From IMG/VR virus record IMGVR_UViG_2681813421_000009: a stretch of 13,965 nucleotides of DNA. The stretch is one strand, 5' to 3'. Below the pieces are notes generated by a model. The model was not told the DNA's origin, searched no databases, and was given only the letters and a program-made list of their open reading frames with translations. The DNA is from a virus. Its lineage: Duplodnaviria > Heunggongvirae > Uroviricota > Caudoviricetes. The stretch's first letter is position 1. The number at the start of each line of letters is the position of its first letter. Both the position numbers and the translations under genes were made by a program. This document shows positions 1 to 6,391 of the stretch, piece by piece.

Positions 1-1269
1 ATGCCAAAACTCACAGATATGCAGATCCGCGCATGGATAAAGGCGGGAGACAGATTTGATGGCAAGGCAGACGGCAACGGCCTTTATATTTGCTACCCCA
101 AAAACTACACAGTCCCGTTCTGGCGATTCCGATATAAGCTCGCAGGAAAACAGCGGGCTATGGTTATCGGCTCTTACTCCGAACTGTCACTATCAAAAGC
201 CAGAGAAACAGCAAAAGAGCTGTCAGCCAGAGTTGCTCTTGGCTATGACGTAGCAGCAGAAAAACAGGAACGAAAAGCTGAAGCACTGGCAAAAATGGAG
301 GCTGAGAAAAACGCCATGCGCGTTTCAGATCTGGCCGCCGAATACTTCGAGCGACAGATACTTCCGAGATGGAAACATCCCGATATCCTTCGCCGGAGAA
401 TTGATAAGGATATTAACCCCTGCATTGGGCATATGAAGGTAGAGGACGTTAAGCCACGTCACATTGACGACATGTTAAAAGGTATCGTTGACCGAGGAGC
501 ACCAACGATAGCAACAGATGTATTACGCTGGACACGCCGTATCTTTGACTATGGGATAAAACGCCACGCTCTGGAGATAAACCCTTGTTCAGCGTTTGAA
601 GTATCTGATGCTGGTGGTAAAGAGGTTTCCCGCGACCGTTGGCTAACTCGCGATGAGCTTATCAGGCTATTCGAGGCTATGCGCACCGCAAAAGGATTCA
701 GCCGCCAGAACGAACTGACATTTAAGCTATTGCTGGCACTATGCGTTCGTAAGATGGAGTTATGCGCCGCACGATGGGAAGAGTTTGATTTAGATGGTGC
801 GGTATGGCATTTGCCGGAAGAACGCAGCAAAAACGGAGACCCTATTGATATACCTCTACCTTCCCCAGCCGTTGAATGGTTGAGAGAGCTACACACCTTT
901 TCATGTAATAGCGCATGGGTGCTTCCGGCCAGGAAGATGCAAAACAGAATGATCCCACATATTCAGGAAAGCACTTTACCCGTAGCACTGGCTAAGGTTC
1001 GCGCCGAAATGCCGGATGTGCCTAATTTCACGATTCACGACTTCCGACGCACCGCACGTACTCATTTAGCAGCATTGGGTGTTGATCCTGTCGTGGCGGA
1101 ACGATGCCTCAATCATCGCATTAAGGGCGTAGAGGGGATTTATAACCGTCATCAGTATTTTGATGAGCGTAAAGCAGCACTGGCACAGTGGGCAGATCTG
1201 CTGGTGGCACTGGAAAGCGGGAAAGACTACAACGTAACGCCATTCGATAAAGCCCGGAGGCAAATGTGA
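1..1269 (+). CDS. int: P4-family tyrosine integrase (site-specific recombinase)
   Basis: 422-aa ORF. C-terminal catalytic region carries the tyrosine-recombinase H-x-x-R box (HDFRRTARTHL) and a downstream Tyr-containing segment (GIYNRHQY); overall size and layout match P4/CP4-57-type integrases. The ORF begins at window position 1, so upstream att/tRNA context is not visible. Confidence 0.9.
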   Translation: MPKLTDMQIRAWIKAGDRFDGKADGNGLYICYPKNYTVPFWRFRYKLAGKQRAMVIGSYSELSLSKARETAKELSARVALGYDVAAEKQERKAEALAKMEAEKNAMRVSDLAAEYFERQILPRWKHPDILRRRIDKDINPCIGHMKVEDVKPRHIDDMLKGIVDRGAPTIATDVLRWTRRIFDYGIKRHALEINPCSAFEVSDAGGKEVSRDRWLTRDELIRLFEAMRTAKGFSRQNELTFKLLLALCVRKMELCAARWEEFDLDGAVWHLPEERSKNGDPIDIPLPSPAVEWLRELHTFSCNSAWVLPARKMQNRMIPHIQESTLPVALAKVRAEMPDVPNFTIHDFRRTARTHLAALGVDPVVAERCLNHRIKGVEGIYNRHQYFDERKAALAQWADLLVALESGKDYNVTPFDKARRQM

Positions 1270-1916
1270 ACAACATCTTGAGAAAATCGCCAATCGAACG
1301 GCTTTGTTCATCTGTATCGATTACCCCTCATGAAATGGCTGTGGCCTTGGCTGGCCTAAACCCATCTATGCGCATTAGCGATGTGCCTGAGGAAAATTTC
1401 GAATATGTCGATTTTGTCAGAACTCATCTTGCCAGAGCTATCAAGGTGTACAGAGGTGAAAAAACTAGTAAAGATGAGCCTTGCCATGCCCTTGATATTT
1501 TCTTAGCTTCTTACCCATTTATTGACACAAATACACCAGAAATAATTGTTCAGAAAATATCAGAAGCGATTGATGATTTGCGTGGCACCAAGGGCTGGGA
1601 AGAAAAAGCCCGAAACCTTGGAGGACTCCAGTTAGTAAACTACATCAAAGAAACCAACCGCAGCGGACGTGGGCAGCATAGAAAGCAGGATGAGGAAAAC
1701 GGGACAATGAAAATGATGGGGTTGATAGTACATCTGCTGATAAAAAAATCAGGCTCATCTTCCTACATCCAAAATGGGAAACCTAATCGCACAGCTATAT
1801 ACCGTGACATAGAAACCTTAATCAAGGATGAAGGGATATCCCATAAAGGAATAGCAAAAGCCACATTCCTAGAAAAAATCTCACGGGCTTTATTAGCTGT
1901 CCACGATCTCGACTAA
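1266..1916 (+). CDS. hypothetical protein (integrase-adjacent orphan gene, AT-rich)
   Basis: 216-aa ORF with GTG start overlapping the integrase stop (TGA 1267-1269); an in-frame ATG at 1335 is an alternative start. Visibly lower GC than the integrase. No motif I recognise. Confidence 0.5.
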   Translation: MNNILRKSPIERLCSSVSITPHEMAVALAGLNPSMRISDVPEENFEYVDFVRTHLARAIKVYRGEKTSKDEPCHALDIFLASYPFIDTNTPEIIVQKISEAIDDLRGTKGWEEKARNLGGLQLVNYIKETNRSGRGQHRKQDEENGTMKMMGLIVHLLIKKSGSSSYIQNGKPNRTAIYRDIETLIKDEGISHKGIAKATFLEKISRALLAVHDLD

Positions 1917-2274
1917 TCACTTTTCACGCCCCTCCAAAGCAATGGCGGGGCATTACCTGTTTACCCATCTCCACCAGCATAGATAATTCTATGCCTAGCC
2001 ATTGCTATATCTGTTCGGCTTAGTTCATCTGTAATCACCCCATCTCTAAAAGATACGCCAGCTATCATTAGCCATTTTAAGCCATCATGAGCCATTATAA
2101 ACCGACTCAACCAATTGAATAATAAAAGATAAAAAGAAATGTAAAAACATGATGAATGACGATGAAAGATATAACTCTTTGATAAAACAATGATTTTTTA
2201 AACTGGTAACTAATTGAAAATAAAGAAAATAATTATCCCACCTGCATTTGCAATCTTTCAGTGGATCGGTATTT

Positions 2275-2307
2275 TTTCAATAGATTTATAATTTCTTTCA
2301 ATAGATT
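2275..2307. promoter_or_regulatory. Direct repeat TTTCAATAGATT x2 flanking a perfect TATAAT hexamer upstream of alpA
   Basis: TTTCAATAGATT at 2275-2286 and 2296-2307 (21 bp apart, two helical turns) with TATAAT at 2287-2292, inside the very AT-rich 1917-2387 intergenic region. No convincing -35 found. Confidence 0.25.
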
Positions 2308-2387
2308 CTAGTCTTAATAGAAATACTGTATGGGCAACCACTAAACTTTAAGTAACTTCATGAGCTATCAGAGAGGTTACTAGAGAC

Positions 2388-2606
2388 ATGACAGTACACA
2401 AGCCAGCATCATCAGCTATCCCAACAACTGGATACATCCGTCGCTTTCGCATGCCGGAATTGCTAGGTGTTTCACTGCCTACTATTGATAGATGGGTTAA
2501 AAATGGCACTCTTCCACGCCCAGTGAAGCTAACAGATAACGTGACTGCGTTTGATGCGGTGGAAATTAATAACTGGCTGGCAGAACGCCGCGGGAAGGTG
2601 GCCTGA
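2388..2606 (+). CDS. alpA: AlpA-family (phage/prophage) transcriptional regulator, helix-turn-helix
   Basis: 72-aa ORF; the segment RFRMPELLGVSLPTIDRWVKNGTLPRPVKL is the characteristic AlpA HTH pattern. Purine-rich stretch (GAGAGG) upstream of the ATG; position after the integrase as in CP4-57/P4-like islands. Confidence 0.85.
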   Translation: MTVHKPASSAIPTTGYIRRFRMPELLGVSLPTIDRWVKNGTLPRPVKLTDNVTAFDAVEINNWLAERRGKVA

Positions 2607-3037
2607 TGGAAAAGAAAAACCGCCCATTACAGGCGGCTAATTCAGATATTCGCGTATCTGATATTACGCCCCTTACAAAATCCCTTCAAGCACCAAAGCG
2701 CACACCGAAAAAGCATCGTGCCCGAGTCTATATGCTGCGTACTGGTATAGAGGGATGGACAGAAAATGACATTCTTCGCTACTGCCGTCTGTCTTCTGGT
2801 CGTAACTATGCAACAGAGTTAGAACGCCAGCTTGGAATCACTCTGGAGCGTATCGACGAAAAGAATCCTGATGGTATCGGAACACACCTTCGCTACCGTT
2901 TCTCCTGCCGTGGTGATGTTCTGAAAGTGATCACTCATGTTAACCATCTTGCGAACATAAATGATCACAACGGACTTTCTCAGCAGGAAATTGCCGACAT
3001 TCTGAAACTCTACCCGGACGCGTTTAACGCCGCCTAA
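2606..3037 (+). CDS. hypothetical protein
   Basis: 143-aa ORF; ATG overlaps the alpA stop (TGATG), good RBS GGGAAGGTGG at 2592-2600. Basic N-terminus (KRTPKKHRAR). No recognisable family. Confidence 0.6.
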   Translation: MEKKNRPLQAANSDIRVSDITPLTKSLQAPKRTPKKHRARVYMLRTGIEGWTENDILRYCRLSSGRNYATELERQLGITLERIDEKNPDGIGTHLRYRFSCRGDVLKVITHVNHLANINDHNGLSQQEIADILKLYPDAFNAA

Positions 3038-3049
3038 CGGAGACTAAAA

Positions 3050-3883
3050 ATGAACATCGAAAAAAGCAGATTAATTTCTGAGGCCGCCCCTCATCTGAAC
3101 GCCTCTCTGGGCACAATTAACGGTAATGAATTTGCCGCAATTGTCCCGGTTATTTCTGGTCATATAGGCGGGCGTGAAACCAATATTGTTAGCGCAAAAG
3201 CGTTACACAAAGCGTTGGGCGTGGGAAAAGACTTCTCTACATGGATCACTGATCGCATCTCTGAATATGACTTCACCATTGGGCACGATTACTCAGTCCA
3301 TAAAACAATTTCCCCAAATTTGGGGAAAAGCCCGAATGACGCGGCTTACAGCAAGATTAAGCAGTCTGGCAGACCCGGCAAAGACTATCTGTTAAGTGTC
3401 GGAATGGCGAAAGAACTGGCAATGATCGAACGCAATGATCAGGGTCGCGCTATCCGCCGTTATTTCATCCAGTGCGAGAAAGAATTACAGCGTAGCGTGC
3501 CTGAAATCGCCGCCCGCTATCGTCGCCAGCTAAAAGCCCGTATCAGTGCCGCAAACAACTTCAAGCCAATGTGCGATGCGCTGAATATGGCCCGTGCCGA
3601 GATGGGGAAAACGACGCAGCAACACCACTACACAAACGAGAGCAATATGATTTCTCGTATCGTTCTTGGTGGGCTAACTGCTAAGCAGTGGGCGCGGATA
3701 AATGGCTATTCTGGCGAACCTCGCGACCATATGAACGCAGAACAGCTTGAGCACCTCTCATATCTCGAAAGCACCAATATCACGTTAATTGATATGGGCA
3801 TGGAATATGAGCAGCGCAAAGGAGAACTCACCCGCCTGTCGCAACGCTGGCTCGCCAAGCGTCTGGAGGCGGTCCATGTTTAA
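3050..3883 (+). CDS. phage antirepressor (AntA-like N-terminal domain plus KilAC domain)
   Basis: 277-aa ORF. SAKALHKALGVGKDFSTWITDRISEYDFTIGHDYSV resembles the AntA/Bro-N pattern and DYLLSVGMAKELAMIERNDQGRAIRRYFIQCEK resembles the KilAC (ANT) domain. RBS ACGGAG 8 nt upstream. Confidence 0.8.
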   Translation: MNIEKSRLISEAAPHLNASLGTINGNEFAAIVPVISGHIGGRETNIVSAKALHKALGVGKDFSTWITDRISEYDFTIGHDYSVHKTISPNLGKSPNDAAYSKIKQSGRPGKDYLLSVGMAKELAMIERNDQGRAIRRYFIQCEKELQRSVPEIAARYRRQLKARISAANNFKPMCDALNMARAEMGKTTQQHHYTNESNMISRIVLGGLTAKQWARINGYSGEPRDHMNAEQLEHLSYLESTNITLIDMGMEYEQRKGELTRLSQRWLAKRLEAVHV

Positions 3884-4058
3884 GCCGACAGGAACACCAC
3901 AACCTCAAAAACGCTACAAAGATGCCCACGGAGCACTCGTTACTGTCGAAAGCGTGTCTCACAACCGAGTGACGTTTTATCGCGACGGGTATCAATCGCC
4001 ATGCGTACAACCGCTGGCACGTTTCATGAAGGAGTTCGCGGAGGTTAACAAATGCTAA
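3876..4058 (+). CDS. small hypothetical protein (60 aa)
   Basis: ATG at 3876 overlaps the upstream stop (ATGTTTAA), indicating translational coupling. The six-frame ORF from 3789 is probably an N-terminal over-extension. Confidence 0.5.
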   Translation: MFKPTGTPQPQKRYKDAHGALVTVESVSHNRVTFYRDGYQSPCVQPLARFMKEFAEVNKC

Positions 4059-4713
4059 CCGCCCAGAAGAAGATATTTTCACTGGCTGGTATGTCGCCAA
4101 AATCCAGCAATATGACAGCAAAGTCAGACATTAATACAGCAGATACAAGCAAAGTTTATCATTTGCTGGTGGTAGGAGCGGATGCCTTAACTATGTCAGA
4201 AATTACGGTCGATGGTGTTAGCGTTGAGAAGGTCAGCGGCTATGCCAGAGAATTTCTGGTCGTAGATGGCTTTCTCTGCTCGTGTAGTGACTCCACAAAA
4301 ACCTTCGTCCACGCGCGTGACGTTAACGAAATGAGCGCGATGTACTGTGCTTCTGGTTCTTCCAATAGTGAGTTTTCGGAGTCCATAAAAAAGAGCTTGC
4401 CGTTATGCGGCAACACGGTTTATGGTTATAAGGCACCTCATAAAACGGGTGCCGGGATTGGCGTCCTAAAAATTCTGAAGGCGACATATGACGCGCCAAG
4501 CGTCTTTTTTTATGTCGTAGGTCTGACTCACCCATTTTTTGGGCGTTGGTGTATAATCCAGCGCCTTTGTCAATCAATGGTGGCTCAGGCGGGGGCTTCT
4601 TCGGAAGCGCCGGTATCCTTCAGAGCCGGTTACGCCAACCCTGTCTGGGCTACCACCAGCGAAATTGGCGTTTCCGGTGGTAGCGTAACCTGCTATCTGA
4701 AGGAGGCTGCCAC
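4052..4713 (+). CDS. hypothetical protein, 3' boundary unresolved (six-frame ORF runs without a stop to 5119)
   Basis: ATG at 4052 overlaps the upstream stop (ATGCTAA). The N-terminal ~150 codons look protein-like, but the 3' part crosses a strongly structured region and the RBS-supported Icd-like gene in another frame. End coordinate is a placeholder, not an observed stop. Confidence 0.3.
4595..4690 (+). ncRNA. candidate structured regulatory RNA upstream of icd (possibly C4/CI-type antisense RNA)
   Basis: Hairpin GCTTC-TTCG-GAAGC (4595-4608) with a UUCG tetraloop. Nested stem GGTTAC (4628-4633) / GTAACC (4685-4690) enclosing a perfect 9-bp stem GCTACCACC (4649-4657) / GGTGGTAGC (4676-4684). 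Located immediately 5' of the Icd-like gene. Confidence 0.3.
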
Positions 4714-4908
4714 ATGCTGGCTACTACCCCTACCCAAAAAACGCAATTTATCTGGATTATCGCCGCAGTTCGCCGCGATTGCCCGACAATTACCGCCAAA
4801 ATTCATCATATTGCTGCCGAGTCTGAACGCGATGCTCGCCGTTCTCTGGTGCGCGATCACGTCTGCTTTTTTGCTGGTCGTATCCGCATGGAGGTGGCAC
4901 ATGATTAA
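4714..4908 (+). CDS. Icd-like protein (host cell division inhibitor Icd family)
   Basis: 64-aa ORF with strong RBS AGGAGG at 4701-4706, 7 nt before the ATG. Sequence pattern FIWIIAAVRRD...ERDARRSLVRDHV.FFAGRI matches my recollection of Icd-like proteins of P1/P4-type elements. Confidence 0.7.
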   Translation: MLATTPTQKTQFIWIIAAVRRDCPTITAKIHHIAAESERDARRSLVRDHVCFFAGRIRMEVAHD

Positions 4909-5119
4909 AACCTACGATGTGCATATGGATCCCCTCGAACGCACAAGCCAGATCATCACACTGACAGAAGTGATTAACGACATTCTGGTGAGCAACTCTC
5001 CCTCACGAGACGAAAGACTGAAGGCGTTACTCGCGATATTGGATCTCGCCGTTCGTGACGTTCATTTCCTGCTGGAAGGTGGCGAAATGCCAGTAAAAAC
5101 GGGGGCAACCAATGAATAA
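4901..5119 (+). CDS. small hypothetical protein (72 aa)
   Basis: ATG at 4901 preceded by GGAGGTG (4890-4896) and overlapping the Icd-like stop (ATGATTAA). Same frame as the long 4052 ORF, but this internal start has its own RBS. Confidence 0.5.
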   Translation: MIKTYDVHMDPLERTSQIITLTEVINDILVSNSPSRDERLKALLAILDLAVRDVHFLLEGGEMPVKTGATNE

Positions 5120-5306
5120 CTCAATTAATACCCCTCGCCTTACGTCCGCACTTCAATTAATCGAGCAAGCAGCGGCTGTCCTGGTTGCTGTCAGTCTTTC
5201 GGCTGAAGAAATGGACGCTGCTGATGTCGTGGATGCGATTAAAGCGTGCTCATCTTTGGTTAACGATGCCCGTGCAGAGCTGGTAATTCTTGGTGGTGAA
5301 AAATGA
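5112..5306 (+). CDS. small hypothetical protein (64 aa)
   Basis: ATG overlaps the upstream stop (ATGAATAA); part of the coupled operon. Confidence 0.5.
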   Translation: MNNSINTPRLTSALQLIEQAAAVLVAVSLSAEEMDAADVVDAIKACSSLVNDARAELVILGGEK

Positions 5307-5566
5307 ATATCAACTTAATTTATCGTCATCCGTGTGAGCTGGAAATTGAATCATTGCTGGGGCGCGAAGAGCCATATCCAGACACATTCACTCCCGCAGA
5401 TTGCGCGACTGAACGGCTTACCAGAGCGCGCACAGGTCTGGTTCATGTGATGAATGAGATTATTCCCTCGGTGGGAGGGGAACAGGCGACAGTAATCAAT
5501 AGCTGGCTACAAAAAGTTACCTCCCTGATAGATATCAGTTTAATCGATGTGGAGAGTGCGAAATGA
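5303..5566 (+). CDS. small hypothetical protein (87 aa)
   Basis: ATG overlaps upstream stop (ATGA); RBS GGTGGTGA upstream. Confidence 0.55.
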   Translation: MNINLIYRHPCELEIESLLGREEPYPDTFTPADCATERLTRARTGLVHVMNEIIPSVGGEQATVINSWLQKVTSLIDISLIDVESAK

Positions 5567-5784
5567 CCAACATCCAGCTCATTGAAGCGCAATGTCGCAT
5601 CGAACAGGTTCAGACTGTTTTAGGGTTCTGGCTTGAAGGGGCCAGCCCAAGCAACAGAGACAAGTTAATGATTGGCGCGGTTATGTCACTGCTCAATGGC
5701 GTACCAGAAGCTATTCAGGAAGCGGACGAATTGTTGGGCAAATATGAGTTACAGAATCATTCAGGCGAGGCGAAACATGAATAA
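5563..5784 (+). CDS. small hypothetical protein (73 aa)
   Basis: ATG overlaps upstream stop (ATGA); RBS GGAGAG upstream. Confidence 0.55.
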   Translation: MTNIQLIEAQCRIEQVQTVLGFWLEGASPSNRDKLMIGAVMSLLNGVPEAIQEADELLGKYELQNHSGEAKHE

Positions 5785-6379
5785 TTTCTTAACTTTCCAT
5801 GCAGAAGCAACGCCTGGCGGCGTAAACATCATGTACCGCAGCAACGATGGCATGACAGAACGCGTTGAGGCCGTCTCATATATTGATGCCGTAAATCGTC
5901 TGGATGCCGGGGATTATGACGATAAACCAGATGAAGGTATGTCAATACATCTCGCTATTGCCGATGGCGGCAACCAGGGATATTTCGATTACACATCACA
6001 GCATAACGTCATTATGTGGAGATGGCTGATCGCAACAGTATTCATGCTGGAAATGAGAGAGGAAAACGGCACCGTCAGCATTATTGATGACAGTGGCAAT
6101 CATTCCGTGGTTTCTGTTTATTCCAATGGCATCGTCGCCATGCCGCTGTATCCAGTAGCAGAGCGCCTCGCTATGGCAAACAACATTGAGGGCGCAATGA
6201 TCGAGAAATATGGTGTTGATGTCGGAACAAAGAATGCCATCATTTTTTACAGCAACATGTTCGATGTCGAACAGGGAACACTCACTTCGTTTGGGCGAGA
6301 AGTGCTTGCCGATCTTCACAACAGCTTTATTGCCGAACTAAACGAAAACGGCATCCCAGAAGCACCAGTGACGCACTAA
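5777..6379 (+). CDS. hypothetical acidic protein (200 aa)
   Basis: Internal ATG at 5777 (MNNFLTF...) overlaps the upstream stop (ATGAATAA) and has RBS AGGCGAGG. The six-frame ORF from 5672 is probably an over-extension into the preceding gene. Confidence 0.55.
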   Translation: MNNFLTFHAEATPGGVNIMYRSNDGMTERVEAVSYIDAVNRLDAGDYDDKPDEGMSIHLAIADGGNQGYFDYTSQHNVIMWRWLIATVFMLEMREENGTVSIIDDSGNHSVVSVYSNGIVAMPLYPVAERLAMANNIEGAMIEKYGVDVGTKNAIIFYSNMFDVEQGTLTSFGREVLADLHNSFIAELNENGIPEAPVTH

Positions 6380-6391
6380 ACGGGGGCCAGA

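Noticed and set aside
1-60. tRNA gene or att site at the integrase-proximal end
   Set aside because: The window starts at the integrase ATG; no tRNA-like sequence or att repeat can be examined within it.
56-253. 65-aa + strand ORF inside the integrase gene in another frame
   Set aside because: Fully nested in a well-supported gene, no RBS, low-complexity translation; treated as a chance ORF.
3174-3395. 73-aa + strand ORF inside the antirepressor gene
   Set aside because: Nested alternative frame within a gene with recognisable AntA/KilAC motifs.
4539-4557. Sigma70 promoter suggested by TTGGGC followed by a perfect TATAAT at 4552-4557
   Set aside because: Only about 7 bp separate the two hexamers, far from the 16-18 bp optimum; the TATAAT may still act as a -10 with a different -35, but I cannot support a promoter call.
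4052-5119. Treating the 355-aa ORF as one genuine protein
   Set aside because: It crosses a structured region and two RBS-supported genes, one in a different frame; kept only as a finding about unresolved boundaries.
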